From: Capsulimonadaceae bacterium | GTDB taxonomy: Bacteria; Armatimonadota; Armatimonadia; Armatimonadales; Capsulimonadaceae | Length of the DNA stretch: 64,000 nt | Assembly (NCBI GenBank): GCA_965215505.1 | Contig: OZ244065.1 | Span: forward strand, 5,344,001-5,408,000 | Reading direction: 5' to 3' | Part shown: one piece after another, positions 17,711 through 28,242 of the stretch | How the letters are laid out: the number at the start of each line of letters is the position of its first letter | How positions within the stretch are numbered: position 1 is the stretch's first letter | Position numbers and translations under genes: made by a program | Notes under the pieces: model-generated | The model's input: only the letters and a program-made list of their open reading frames with translations | What the model was told of the DNA's origin: nothing | The model's database searches: none

Positions 17711-19957
17711 ATGGTTTGCCCGTATTGCAGTCACAAGAACACGGCCACGGCCACCCTCTGTAACCAGTGCGGCATCCTGCTGCACCTTGGCCGGACCAGC
17801 CGCGCCATCACGCACGGCGGCGGGAACGGACATGGCGGGGCCGGACACGGCATGGACTTCGTCCGCAGCATCCTGCCGGGGCACCGGGTGAAGGCCCACC
17901 ACACCGCCCTCCACTCCCAAACCGAGGTCCTGGTCAAAGAGGTCCAGGAGCGCGCCGAGGCGGACCTGAAGGACCCCGCCCGCGCGCCCGCCGCCCGGCT
18001 GGCTCTGGGCGCGCTGTTCCTGCTGCACGGCGAGGTAGAGAAGAGCGTCCACTGGTTCCAGCAGGCGCGGCAGATGGGCGGGGCCGAGGCCGAGTTCCTG
18101 AACAACGCCGCCGTCGCGCTTGCCCGGCGCGGGACGCTGGCGCAGGCCGCCGAACTGTTCGAGCAGGCCGCCCGGCGCAGCCCGGACTCGGCCGCGCCCC
18201 GCGCGAACCTCGCCCACCTGTTCGCCGAGGCCGGGGCGGACCCCGACCCGGCGGGGGCCGCCCATGCGGTCGAGCTGATCCGGCAGGCCATCGCCCTGGA
18301 GCCGGAGAACCCGACGCTCCATAACCGGCTCGCCCTGATCCTCTGCCGGGAGCGGCGCTACGACGAGGCCGTGCCCCACTTCGTCCGCGCCTTGAAACTG
18401 GCGGGGGCCGACGACGCCGCCAAGGCGGACGCCGAGAACGACACCGGCCTCGCCCTGGCCCTGTGCGGCGATCTGGCGACGGCGGAGAAGGCGTTCGAGG
18501 CCGCACTGAAGCTCGACCCGCACCACGCCCACGCGCTTTCCAACGGCTGTCTGGCGCGGATGGGGGACGGCGGCATCGAGGGGGCGGAACTGGACAGGCT
18601 CGCCAGGGCCGCCCACCTCGACCCAAAGAGCGGTGCCGTCCGCGCGAACCACGGCTACGTCCTGTGCCGGGTCGGCGCGGTCAACGACGGCATCCTGGAG
18701 CTGAAGGAGGCCGTCGCCCTCAGCCCGCGTCTGTTCGAGGCCGGCTACAACCTGGGGAAAGCCTATGCCGACGGCGGTGCCCTGGATGTCGCCGAACGCT
18801 GCCTGGCCCGCGCCGTGCAGCTCAGTCCGAACTCCGGTTCGGTCCTGACCGCCCTGGGTGCCGTCAAGGCCGCCCAGCGGCTGCTGCCGCCGGCGGTCGG
18901 CTACTTCGAGGCCGCCCTCAAAGCCTGGCCGCGCTCCGCCCTGGCCGAAGCCAATTTGAGCATCGCGCTGGGACTGTCCGGCGACTACCCCGGCGCGAGG
19001 AAGCATCTCAAAAAGGCGGGCGAGCTAGACCCCAGAGACCCGCACGTCTCCGCCCAGGTCGCCTGGCTCCAGCTCATGCAGGACAACCTGACCGTGGGCC
19101 TGGACGAGCTGGGCATCGCCCTGAAGATGGGCGAACACCTCCCCGAAGTCCACAACAACCTTGGCCTGTGCTACATCGCCCTGGGCAAGCCCGAGCTGGC
19201 CCTGCCGCGATTCAAACGCGCCCTGGACCTGAACCCCGACTTGCACGCCGTCCACTTCCAGTGGGGCTGCGCCCACGCCGCCCTGCACAACCCCGAGGGC
19301 GCGCTGCGCGAGTGGGAGCTGTCGGCGAGGCACGAGCCGGCCAGCCCCGACTGCCACGTCAACCGGGGCGTCCTGCTCTACCAGAAGGGACAGGTCGAGG
19401 AGGCCGTCGCCGAGTTCCGGCACGTCATCATCCTGCGCGAAACCCGCATGGAGGACTTTTCGAACCTCGGCCTCGCCTACGCCAAGTCCGGGATGGCCCT
19501 CCGCACCGCCGCCCGCAACCCGCAGGACGCGCGCATGAAGCAGGCCATAGACCGCCACAAACAGGCCATTGACATGTTCGACCGCGCCCTGGCCCTGGAC
19601 CCGAGAAACGTCATGCTCCACTCCAACCGTGGCCTCGCCTGCTTCTTCGCCTCTCGCCCCGAGGAGGCCATGCGCGAGTGGGCGACCGTCACCAAACTCG
19701 ACCCGGCCTACGCCCGCAAGCGCGGGACGCGCCAGCAGTCCGAGTTCGACGACTCGAACCTCACCCTCATGCCGTTCTCCGTGCCCGCCCGCGCCATCTC
19801 CCTCCTCGCAAAGACCGGCCCCTACCTGCCTCGCTTCGCCGCCGGTTACGACACCGACGAGTGGGACCTGATCCTGAGCGACCCCGCCCTCGCCCGCCTG
19901 TCCGAGATGCGCCGCGAGATGCGCCGCCTGGACCGCGACCTGGCCGGGCTGCACTGA
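17711..19957 (+). CDS. Zinc-ribbon plus multi-TPR protein
   Basis: CPYC...CNQCG at the N-terminus followed by many TPRs. Confidence 0.85.
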   Translation: MVCPYCSHKNTATATLCNQCGILLHLGRTSRAITHGGGNGHGGAGHGMDFVRSILPGHRVKAHHTALHSQTEVLVKEVQERAEADLKDPARAPAARLALGALFLLHGEVEKSVHWFQQARQMGGAEAEFLNNAAVALARRGTLAQAAELFEQAARRSPDSAAPRANLAHLFAEAGADPDPAGAAHAVELIRQAIALEPENPTLHNRLALILCRERRYDEAVPHFVRALKLAGADDAAKADAENDTGLALALCGDLATAEKAFEAALKLDPHHAHALSNGCLARMGDGGIEGAELDRLARAAHLDPKSGAVRANHGYVLCRVGAVNDGILELKEAVALSPRLFEAGYNLGKAYADGGALDVAERCLARAVQLSPNSGSVLTALGAVKAAQRLLPPAVGYFEAALKAWPRSALAEANLSIALGLSGDYPGARKHLKKAGELDPRDPHVSAQVAWLQLMQDNLTVGLDELGIALKMGEHLPEVHNNLGLCYIALGKPELALPRFKRALDLNPDLHAVHFQWGCAHAALHNPEGALREWELSARHEPASPDCHVNRGVLLYQKGQVEEAVAEFRHVIILRETRMEDFSNLGLAYAKSGMALRTAARNPQDARMKQAIDRHKQAIDMFDRALALDPRNVMLHSNRGLACFFASRPEEAMREWATVTKLDPAYARKRGTRQQSEFDDSNLTLMPFSVPARAISLLAKTGPYLPRFAAGYDTDEWDLILSDPALARLSEMRREMRRLDRDLAGLH

Positions 19958-19965
19958 GGGCGGCG

Positions 19966-20021
19966 CGACGACAAAACGGCCCCGGCGCAGGATGCGCTGG
20001 GGCCGTCTCATTGTTATCGTC
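19966..20021. terminator. Hairpin between convergent genes
   Basis: ACGGCCCCGGCGCA-gga-TGCGCTGGGGCCGT. Confidence 0.5.
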
Positions 20022-20098
20022 AACTGGCCGCACGGCCAGGGGAAGTGGGTGCGGAGGACGGCCCGACCGGCGACTCTGACGGCGAACCATTCCCACAT

Positions 20099-20692
20099 TT
20101 AGGACGCCGGCACGGCCTCTTTTGTTCCTCCGCCCGCTGTTTTTTCGGCATCCCCGGCGACCGGCAGTGTGACCAGGGTGTCCAGGCGCAGGGACCGCAG
20201 GGCGGCGGACAGGGCGCGGCGCTCCGTCTCCCCTTCGGCCGGTCCGCCGGGGGCGAGCCAGCGCGCCACGAGGCGGCCCAGCCGCTTCTCGGCGTAGTCG
20301 TCCGCCCACCTCTCGATCTTCTGCTCCACCAGAGCCGCCTTGCGCGGCGGGGTCGCGCGGCGGTTCAGGAAGCGCGTGACGTGGTGGCCGACCTCGTGGA
20401 AGATCGTATAAGCCAGGTGCAGGCGCAGGGCAAAATCCCGAACCCGCGCGGGCAGCGGCAGCAGGGGCGTGACGTGCGGCCGCAGGTACAGCTCGACGGC
20501 GACGCCCGTGTGGTCCTGCCGCCAAATGCCCAGTGCCTTGCCTTTGGGGTCCTCGTCCCACATCAGGAACGCTTCCAGCTGCCGCAGGTGTTCGCGCGGC
20601 AGGACCGCCACGGCCTCCTCGACAGCCTCGTGCAAAACCCCCACGCCGCCCACGTCTTCATAATCGCCGTTCAAGTGCCAGTCCAGGCGCAT
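20099..20692 (-). CDS. HExxH (zincin-like) putative metallopeptidase
   Basis: TIFHEVGHH plus downstream ERWADDYA. Confidence 0.65.
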   Translation of the reverse strand: MRLDWHLNGDYEDVGGVGVLHEAVEEAVAVLPREHLRQLEAFLMWDEDPKGKALGIWRQDHTGVAVELYLRPHVTPLLPLPARVRDFALRLHLAYTIFHEVGHHVTRFLNRRATPPRKAALVEQKIERWADDYAEKRLGRLVARWLAPGGPAEGETERRALSAALRSLRLDTLVTLPVAGDAEKTAGGGTKEAVPAS

Positions 20693-20699
20693 GGAAATC

Positions 20700-21473
20700 T
20701 CACCCTAAAATGTGCAGGCCGTTGTCCACATAGATCACCTCGCCCGTGATGCCGCGCGCCCAGTCGGACAGCAGGAACGCCGCCGCGTCGCCCACCTCGC
20801 CGATGGTAGTGTTCTTCCGCAGCGGTGCCCGATCGCGTGCCTCCCGGTGCATGTCCGTGAAGCCGCTGATGCCGCGCGCCGATAGTGTCATGGTCGGCCC
20901 CGCGCTGATGGCGTTGACCCGCACCCCCTGCGGCCCCAGGTCACTCGCCAGGTAGCGCACCGAAGCCTCAAGGGCCGCCTTGGCGACTCCCATGACGTTG
21001 TAGTTGGGCAGGACGCGCTCCGAGCCGAGGTAGGTCAGGGTCAGGATGCTGCCGCCCTCGGTCATCAGCGGCTCGGCGGCGCGGGCCGCCGCCGTCAGCG
21101 TGTAGGCCGAGATGTCCAAAGCCTGCGCGAATCCCGCGCGAGACGTGTTCACGAACCGCCCGCTCAGGTCCTCCCGATTGGCGAAGGCCGCGCCGTGAAT
21201 CACGAAGTCTATGCGCCCGAACTCCCACGTCAAGGTCTCTTGCAGCGCCCCGATCTGCGCGTCGTCGGTCAGGTCGCACCCCTGGATGACCGTCCGGTCG
21301 CCTCCCGGCAGCGTCGGGGCCAGCTTGCGGACATCCTTCTCCTCGCGCTCCCCCAGGAACGTCAGGGCCAGCCGCGCCCCCTCGCGCGCCAGGCTCTGCG
21401 CGCAGCCCCAGCAGAGCGACCGGTCGTTCCGCACCCCGTAGATGATGCCCTGCTTGCCCTCTAAAATGCCCAT
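20700..21473 (-). CDS. fabI: Enoyl-ACP reductase
   Basis: GVRNDRSLCWG, YLGSERVLPNYNVMGVAKAALE, VNAISAGP. Confidence 0.93.
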   Translation of the reverse strand: MGILEGKQGIIYGVRNDRSLCWGCAQSLAREGARLALTFLGEREEKDVRKLAPTLPGGDRTVIQGCDLTDDAQIGALQETLTWEFGRIDFVIHGAAFANREDLSGRFVNTSRAGFAQALDISAYTLTAAARAAEPLMTEGGSILTLTYLGSERVLPNYNVMGVAKAALEASVRYLASDLGPQGVRVNAISAGPTMTLSARGISGFTDMHREARDRAPLRKNTTIGEVGDAAAFLLSDWARGITGEVIYVDNGLHILG

Positions 21474-21622
21474 GTGTCTTGATGCCTCCTCGCAAAGATC
21501 GCGCGATGCGCTGATTTGAAGGCATTTTACCTGATTACGGGCACGAACGCGCAGGAAAAGCCGCTCCGGGCGTCGTAACTCAAACCACACTCCGCCGCCT
21601 GAGGGCTTGGAAAGAACCCGTC

Positions 21623-24226
21623 ATGCCGCCGCCGACGATGCCCGTCACGTTCCTGTTCACCGACATCGAGGGCAGCACCAAACTCTGGGAGCGGCACCCC
21701 GACGCCATGCGCGCCGCCCTGGCCCGCCACGACGCCCTCGTGCGCGAGGCCGTCGCCGGGCGGCGGGGCCGCGTCTTCAAGACGGTCGGGGACGCCTTTT
21801 GCGCCGCCTTCGAGTCCGCCCCGGACGCCCTGGCCGCCGCCCTGGCGGTCCAGGCCGGCCTGCACTCGTGGCCGCCGGGGGACATGCCGCCCCTGCGCGT
21901 CCGCATGGCCCTCCACACCGGCCCCGCCGAGGAGCGCGACGACGACTACTTCGGCCCCGCCCTCAACCGGGTGGCCCGCCTGCTGGCCGTCGGGCACGGC
22001 GGGCAGACGCTGCTGTCCTCGGCGGCCTGGCAGGAAGTCGCCGATGATCTGCCGCCCGGCGTCACACTGCACGACCTCAAAAGCCACCGCCTCAAAGACC
22101 TGTCCCAGCCCGAACACGTCTGGCAGGCAGGCCAGGATGGTCTGCCCGAGGACTTCCCGCCGCTGCGCTCGCTCGGGGCCAACAACCTGCCCGTCCAGGT
22201 GACCTCGTTTGTCGGGCGCGAGGCCGACCTGGTGGACGTCAAGCGCCTGTTGGCTACGCACCGTCTGCTCACACTGGTTGGGCCGGGCGGGGCGGGCAAG
22301 ACGCGCCTCGCCCTGCAAGCCGCCGCCGAGGCCGCTCCCGACGACGGCGTCTGGATGGTGGACCTCGCCCCGCTCGCGGACCCGGAGCGGGTGACGCAGG
22401 CGGTCGCCACCGTGCTGAACGTGCGCGAGGAGCCGGGCCGCCCGGTGACCGGGGCCTTGGCCGAGAGCCTGCGGGACAAGGACCTGCTGCTCATTCTCGA
22501 CAACTGCGAGCATCTGATCGGCGCGGTCGCCGTCCTGGCCCAAGCCCTCCTCCAGTCCTGCCCCCGAGTCCGCCTCCTGGCGACCAGCCGGGAGCGGCTG
22601 GGCATCCCCGGCGAGCGCGTCTACGCGGTTCCGACCCTGACCCTGCCGGATCTGGGCCGTCCCCAGACCGCCCTGGAGATGGGCGGCTCCGACGCGGGCC
22701 GCCTGTTCCTGGACCGGGCCGCCCTCCACCCCGGCTTCGCCCTCACCGACGACGCCGCCCCGGTCCTCGCCCGCCTCTGCCACCGGCTCGACGGCATCCC
22801 CCTCGCCATTGAATTAGCGGCGGCCCGGACGCGCTCGCTGACCGTGGAGCAGATCAACGACCGCCTGGACCAGCGGTTCCGCCTGCTGACGGGCGGCAGC
22901 CGGACTGCCCTGCCGCGCCAGCAGACCTTGCAAGGCTTGATGGACTGGTCCTACGAGCTGCTCACCGCCCCGGAGAAAATCCTGCTCTGCCGCCTGTCCG
23001 TGTTCGCGGGCGGCTGGACCCTGCCGGCGGCGGAGGCGGCCTGTGCGGGGGAGGGGATCGAGGACTGGGAAGTGCTCGACCTGCTGACCGGGCTTGTGGA
23101 CAAGTCCCTGGTCGTCTTCGACACCCAGCGCTACCGCCTGCTTGAAACGGTCCGCCTGTACGCCCGCGAGCGGCTCGACGAGACTCCCGGCGCGGAGGCG
23201 GCCCGCGAGCGCCACGCCGAGTATTACTGCTCGCTGGCGGCGGACACGGAGCCAAGCCTGTACGGGGCCGACGCCGCCGCGTCCCTCGATCTACTGGAAG
23301 CCGAGAGCGCCAACCTCCGCGCCGCCATCGCCTGGCTCCAAGCGCGGGGCAACGCCGAGGAGGCGCTGCGCCTGGTGAACAACCTGGCGCGCTTCTGGCA
23401 GGTGCGAGGTCACCTGAGTGAAGGGCGCGGCTCCCTGGAAGCCGCGCTCTCGCTCGGCGATCCGGGGGAAACCAGCAAGCGGCGGGCCGTGGCGCTGTTC
23501 TATGCGGGTGCCATCGCCCACACGCAGGGAGATCTGCTTGGGTCGGCGTCGCTCCTGGCCCGGTGTGTGGACGCCTACGAACGGCTCGGTGAGTACGACA
23601 ATGTGAACCTCATCCGAGGCAACATCGGGGCATTGCTGACTGCGCTCGGGGAATACGCGCAGGCTCGCGCCGTGCTGGAAGAAGTGCTGCTCTACCATCA
23701 GCAGAGCGACCGCAGGGAGGATCTCGCCGCCACCCTGGGGCACCTCGGAGAACTCGCCCGCCTGGAAGGGGACCAGAACGCCGCCGGCCTGTACCTGATG
23801 CAGAGTCTCACGCTCTGGCGCGAAATCGGAAACGCCCATGCCGCCTCCGTGCAGCTCAACAACCTGGCCCGCGTCGCCACGCGGCGGGGCGACCTGCCGG
23901 CGGCTGGCGGCTACGTCCGCGAGGCGATCACCCTGCGGCGCGAACTGGGCGACGTCAAGGGCCTTCTATGGTCCCTGGATGCCGCCGCCGCTCTGGCCGC
24001 CGTTGGGGGCCAGCCCGCCGAGGCCGCCCGGCTCTACGGGGCGGTCGAAGCACTGGAGGCCGCGCACAGCATCATCGCGCCTCCCACGGAGATCGCCGAG
24101 CGCGACCACTTCCTCGCCCAAGCCCGTGCGGGCCTGCCGAGCGCCGAGTTCGCCGCGCTCTGGACACAAGGCCGGGGCCTGACGCTGGATCAGGCCATCG
24201 CCACCGTGCTGGACAGCCCAGAGTGA
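21623..24226 (+). CDS. Class III nucleotidyl cyclase / STAND NTPase / TPR protein
   Basis: FTDIEGST, KTVGDAF, NRVARL; GPGGAGKTRL, LDNCEH, LDGIPLAIELAA; C-terminal TPRs. Confidence 0.9.
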   Translation: MPPPTMPVTFLFTDIEGSTKLWERHPDAMRAALARHDALVREAVAGRRGRVFKTVGDAFCAAFESAPDALAAALAVQAGLHSWPPGDMPPLRVRMALHTGPAEERDDDYFGPALNRVARLLAVGHGGQTLLSSAAWQEVADDLPPGVTLHDLKSHRLKDLSQPEHVWQAGQDGLPEDFPPLRSLGANNLPVQVTSFVGREADLVDVKRLLATHRLLTLVGPGGAGKTRLALQAAAEAAPDDGVWMVDLAPLADPERVTQAVATVLNVREEPGRPVTGALAESLRDKDLLLILDNCEHLIGAVAVLAQALLQSCPRVRLLATSRERLGIPGERVYAVPTLTLPDLGRPQTALEMGGSDAGRLFLDRAALHPGFALTDDAAPVLARLCHRLDGIPLAIELAAARTRSLTVEQINDRLDQRFRLLTGGSRTALPRQQTLQGLMDWSYELLTAPEKILLCRLSVFAGGWTLPAAEAACAGEGIEDWEVLDLLTGLVDKSLVVFDTQRYRLLETVRLYARERLDETPGAEAARERHAEYYCSLAADTEPSLYGADAAASLDLLEAESANLRAAIAWLQARGNAEEALRLVNNLARFWQVRGHLSEGRGSLEAALSLGDPGETSKRRAVALFYAGAIAHTQGDLLGSASLLARCVDAYERLGEYDNVNLIRGNIGALLTALGEYAQARAVLEEVLLYHQQSDRREDLAATLGHLGELARLEGDQNAAGLYLMQSLTLWREIGNAHAASVQLNNLARVATRRGDLPAAGGYVREAITLRRELGDVKGLLWSLDAAAALAAVGGQPAEAARLYGAVEALEAAHSIIAPPTEIAERDHFLAQARAGLPSAEFAALWTQGRGLTLDQAIATVLDSPE

Positions 24227-24309
24227 TGCCGCAAACCGGGCAGGAAACCGCGCGCCCGCCGTCGAACACTGAGGCCGAACCACTTTCCCGAACGCTAGGA
24301 GCAGTCGCC

Positions 24310-25452
24310 ATGGCCGAACCCGTCACCGTCAATGAACCCCGCCTCATCCAGACCTTCCTGGACATGGTCCGCCAGAACACGCCGCCCCGCCACGAGAGGG
24401 CCGCCAGCGAGATCGGGTGCAAGATACTGACCGATCTGGGCTTCGAGTGCGACTACGACGACGCGGGCGAGAAGGTCGGCGGCGACATCGGCAACCTGAT
24501 CGCCTTCAAGAAGGGCACCCTCCCGGACGCCCCGCCGATCTTCTTCTCGGCCCACTTCGACACCGTAGAGCCGACGCCCGGCCTGGAACCCGTCTTCGAT
24601 GGCGACATCATACGGTCCAATGGGGATACGGTTCTCGGCGCGGACGACATCTCCGGCATGGCCCCCATTCTGGAGGCCATGCGGATCTTGGACGAGCAGA
24701 GCATCCCGCACGGCGACATCCAGCTTCTTCTCACCATCTGCGAGGAGATCGGGCTGGTCGGGGCCAAGCACATGGACCCGAGCCGCATCAAAGCGAAGTT
24801 CGGCTATGTCCTCGACGCTGGCCCACCGGTCGGCTCGCTCGTCTACAGCGCCCCGACGCAGGACATCTTCGAGGTCTGGATACACGGCAAGCCCGCCCAC
24901 GCGGGCGCGCAGCCCGAGGACGGCGTCTCGGCCATCCTCGTCGCCGCCCGCGCCATCGCCCGCATGAAGCTGGGCCGCGTGGACCACGAGACGACGGCGA
25001 ATGTCGGCGTCATCACGGGCGGCACGGCCACCAACATCATCCCCGCCGAGTGCTACCTCAAATGCGAGGCCCGTTCGCGCTCCCAGGCCAAACTGGACAA
25101 ACAGCGCGAACACATGCTGGCCTGCTTCCAGGAGGAGGCCGCGGCGGCGGGCATCACCGTCGAGGTCAAAAGTGACACCGCCTATGTGAGCTACGAGCTG
25201 GGCATGGACGCTCCCGTGCTGACCGTCGGTATGGAGGCCGCCGAGCGCATCGGCCTGGAGCCGCTGCTGCGCGTGACCGGCGGCGGGGCGGACGCCAACA
25301 TCTTCAACGCCAACGGCTTCCCGACGACGGTGCTGGGCTGCGGGATGCAGAACATCCACCGCCACGACGAGTTCGTCCACGTCTCGGACATGGTCAAGAG
25401 TACGCAGCTCGTCGTCTCCATCGTCCAGACGGCGGCGGAATACCGTTCGTAA
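24310..25452 (+). CDS. M20 family metallopeptidase (peptidase T-like)
   Basis: SAHFDTV, LGADD, CEEIGL, GGGADAN, IHRHDE. Confidence 0.9.
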   Translation: MAEPVTVNEPRLIQTFLDMVRQNTPPRHERAASEIGCKILTDLGFECDYDDAGEKVGGDIGNLIAFKKGTLPDAPPIFFSAHFDTVEPTPGLEPVFDGDIIRSNGDTVLGADDISGMAPILEAMRILDEQSIPHGDIQLLLTICEEIGLVGAKHMDPSRIKAKFGYVLDAGPPVGSLVYSAPTQDIFEVWIHGKPAHAGAQPEDGVSAILVAARAIARMKLGRVDHETTANVGVITGGTATNIIPAECYLKCEARSRSQAKLDKQREHMLACFQEEAAAAGITVEVKSDTAYVSYELGMDAPVLTVGMEAAERIGLEPLLRVTGGGADANIFNANGFPTTVLGCGMQNIHRHDEFVHVSDMVKSTQLVVSIVQTAAEYRS

Positions 25453-25467
25453 AGGCGCGGTGGCGAA

Positions 25468-25770
25468 GTGGATGAGCTGAAAAAGATCGGCGAGAACAAG
25501 TGGTGGGATGCGCCCAACAGGACGCTCTATGTTCGGCAGAGTGCCAGTATCGCAGACCTGGCAGGCCACATCACCCAGTACCGCCAGGAGTTGTCCCGTG
25601 AGCCTAATGACTTGGGCTTGCGCTACATGTTGGCGGGCTGCTTGTCCGGCGATGGGCAAGTAGGGCAGGCGCGTTCCGAGTGGGAACAGGTCGCGGCCTC
25701 CGAAGACGCGGATTGGGCGGCGCTCGCTCAAGAGGCGCTTGAGCGTATGGGCTTGGGGGACAACCAGTGA
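25468..25770 (+). CDS. Small TPR-like hypothetical protein
   Basis: PNDLGLRYMLAGCLSGDGQVGQARSEWEQV; overlaps the next gene by GTGA. Confidence 0.6.
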   Translation: MDELKKIGENKWWDAPNRTLYVRQSASIADLAGHITQYRQELSREPNDLGLRYMLAGCLSGDGQVGQARSEWEQVAASEDADWAALAQEALERMGLGDNQ

Positions 25771-26792
25771 TCACGCAGGCGGCGGGCAAGGTCCAGGCCG
25801 TGACGGACTGGGACGGGGACGCGCAGGAACTCCTCGTGCGACTCGAACTGGAGACACGCCGGGCCGTCAACTACCCCGCGCTGACCGGCCCCGCTTCCAC
25901 AGGCGATGAGGTCCTGCTGAATACGACCGCCCAGACCTTGAAGCTCGGCACAGGCGGCTATGATTTTGTCATCGCCAACCTGTCCCGCGCCCTGCCGAAG
26001 CCGACGGGCGACCAGGCCGGACACATCATCAAGGGCCGCTATCTGCCCTGCCAGCAGGCCGTCCTGACACTGGAAGAGCAGGAGAAGTACGAAGACATCT
26101 GGGAGCGTGACCTGGAAGGCTTTCCCGTCCTGGTGGGGCAGCTCCACTCGCAGGTCGGACCCGCCGCGGCGGGGCTGCACCTCTCCGGCAAGCGCCGCGT
26201 CGCCTACATCATGACCGATGCCGGGGCTTTGCCGCTGGCCTTCAGCGGCCTGGTCCGCGACCTCAAAGGGGCCGGCCTGCTCTACGCGACGCTCACCTGC
26301 GGTCAGGCCTTCGGCGGTGACCGCGAGACCGTCACCCTGCACTCGGCCCTGCTGGGCGCGAAGCACATCCTGGACTGCGACGCCGCCATCGTCTGCCAGG
26401 GGCCGGGCAATGCCGGCACGGGGACGAAGTACGGCTTCGGCGGCATCGAGCAGGCGCAGAACCTGGACATCGTGCGCGCCCTCGGCGGGGTTTCCGTCGC
26501 CATCGTCCGCATGTCCTCGGCGGACAAGCGCGAGCGGCACCAGGGCATCAGCCACCACACGCGGACGACGCTCGACATGGCTTATTCGCGGTGCATCGTC
26601 CCGCTCCCCGTCGGCGCGGACGAGACGACCCTGCCGCCTGGCCACAGCGTCCTGTTCATCGAGGGCGCGCAGGCCGCTCTCGACCTGCTGGCCGAGCGCG
26701 GCGTCGCCGTCACCAGCATGGGCCGGACGCCCGCCGAGGACCCCCTCTTCTTCCTGGCCGCCGCCGCCGCCGGGCTTGTCGAGACCGACTAG
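25767..26792 (+). CDS. DUF3866 family protein
   Basis: LNTTAQTLKLGTGGYDF, GHIIKGRY, GQAFGGD, GISHH; context between M20 peptidase and NUDIX. Confidence 0.85.
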   Translation: MITQAAGKVQAVTDWDGDAQELLVRLELETRRAVNYPALTGPASTGDEVLLNTTAQTLKLGTGGYDFVIANLSRALPKPTGDQAGHIIKGRYLPCQQAVLTLEEQEKYEDIWERDLEGFPVLVGQLHSQVGPAAAGLHLSGKRRVAYIMTDAGALPLAFSGLVRDLKGAGLLYATLTCGQAFGGDRETVTLHSALLGAKHILDCDAAIVCQGPGNAGTGTKYGFGGIEQAQNLDIVRALGGVSVAIVRMSSADKRERHQGISHHTRTTLDMAYSRCIVPLPVGADETTLPPGHSVLFIEGAQAALDLLAERGVAVTSMGRTPAEDPLFFLAAAAAGLVETD

Positions 26793-26822
26793 GATTTTGC
26801 TAGGATTTAGAAGCTTAACACC

Positions 26823-27371
26823 ATGCCCAACATCGAAGAGACCGTCACCAGCAGCCAGCGCCTCTATGACGGGCGCATCATCAACCTCCGCCTGGACACC
26901 GTCGTACTGCCCAACGGCAAAACCAGCAAGCGCGAGATCGTCGAGCACCGGGGCGCGGTCGCGATGGTCCCGATGCTCGACCGCGACACCGTCATCCTCG
27001 TGCGCCAGTACCGGGGGGCTGCCGCCTCCCTGATGCTGGAGATCCCCGCCGGGACGCGCGACCCGGACGAGGACGTCGAGGAGTGCGCCCGGCGCGAGCT
27101 GGCCGAGGAGATCAACTACCAGCCTGGCCGCATGGTCAAGCTGTTCCGCTCCTACCAGTCCCCCGGCTACTGCACCGAAGTCATCCATACCTTCCTTGCT
27201 CTGGACCTGACCCCCGCCGAGGGCCACACCGACGAGGACGAATTTCTGGAGATCGTTCCCACGCCCTTCGCCGAGGCGCTTGAGAAGATCAAGACCGGGG
27301 AGATCGTGGACGCGAAGACCATCAGCGGCCTGCTGTTCGCCGCCCGCCTGCTGCCGGATTTGGAGTTCTAG
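26823..27371 (+). CDS. NUDIX hydrolase (ADP-ribose pyrophosphatase-like)
   Basis: EIPAG...ECARRELAEE, SPG, DAKT. Confidence 0.9.
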   Translation: MPNIEETVTSSQRLYDGRIINLRLDTVVLPNGKTSKREIVEHRGAVAMVPMLDRDTVILVRQYRGAAASLMLEIPAGTRDPDEDVEECARRELAEEINYQPGRMVKLFRSYQSPGYCTEVIHTFLALDLTPAEGHTDEDEFLEIVPTPFAEALEKIKTGEIVDAKTISGLLFAARLLPDLEF

Positions 27372-27383
27372 GAGACACCGACC

Positions 27384-28223
27384 ATGAAACTCGGACTGAG
27401 CATGTGGAGCTATGCCGCCGCCCACCGGCGGGGGCGGCTGGACATCCCCGGATTCATCCAGGAGTCCAAACGGCTGGGCGTTGAAGGCGTCGAGCTGCTG
27501 GACTTCTTCTGGAAAGACATCCCTTCCGAGATGCCCAGTGTCTTGGCCGCCCTGCAAGACACCGGCCTGGCCGTCGGCGTCTACTCCGTCGCCAACGACT
27601 TCATCACCCCCCACGAGAGCGAGCGCGCGGCCCAGGTCCACAAGATCCGCGACGGCGTGGACATGGCCGTCCGCTTCGGAGCTAAAACGGTGCGCGTCTT
27701 CGGCGGCGACGTGTCGCCCGAGTTCACCTACGACCAGTGCCTGCGCTGGATCATCGAGGGCCTGACCGACGCCGCGCGCTATGCCTATGACAACGGCGTC
27801 ACATTGGCATTGGAAAACCACGGTCGGCTTGTCGGCCGCAGCGACCAGGTGGAGGTCGTCCTGAATGCCGTCGCCAGTCCCGCCCTGAAGGCGAACCCGG
27901 ATACGGGGAACTTCCTGCTGGTCCACCAGCCCTCCCACGTCGCCGTCGCCGCGCTGGCTGCGCGGGCGGCCATGTGCCACTTCAAGGACTTCAAAGTCGT
28001 CCCCGACGACTACCAGGGCTTCGCCTATATGGGCATTGAGGGCCTGAAGTTCGCCGGCACCGCCATCGGCGAGGGCGAGGTGGACCTGGCCGACTGCGTG
28101 ACCGCACTCCGCCAGGCCGGGTTCGACGGCTGGCTGAACATCGAGTACGAGGGCGAGGAAGACCCATTCTCCGCCGTCTCGCGCTCGGTGGAGTACACGC
28201 GGCATCTGATCCAGACGGCATGA
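27384..28223 (+). CDS. Sugar phosphate isomerase/epimerase (TIM barrel)
   Basis: LALENHG, DTGNF, HFKD, IEYEG. Confidence 0.85.
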   Translation: MKLGLSMWSYAAAHRRGRLDIPGFIQESKRLGVEGVELLDFFWKDIPSEMPSVLAALQDTGLAVGVYSVANDFITPHESERAAQVHKIRDGVDMAVRFGAKTVRVFGGDVSPEFTYDQCLRWIIEGLTDAARYAYDNGVTLALENHGRLVGRSDQVEVVLNAVASPALKANPDTGNFLLVHQPSHVAVAALAARAAMCHFKDFKVVPDDYQGFAYMGIEGLKFAGTAIGEGEVDLADCVTALRQAGFDGWLNIEYEGEEDPFSAVSRSVEYTRHLIQTA

Positions 28224-28242
28224 GGGCGGGCAGGGGAGTCCA

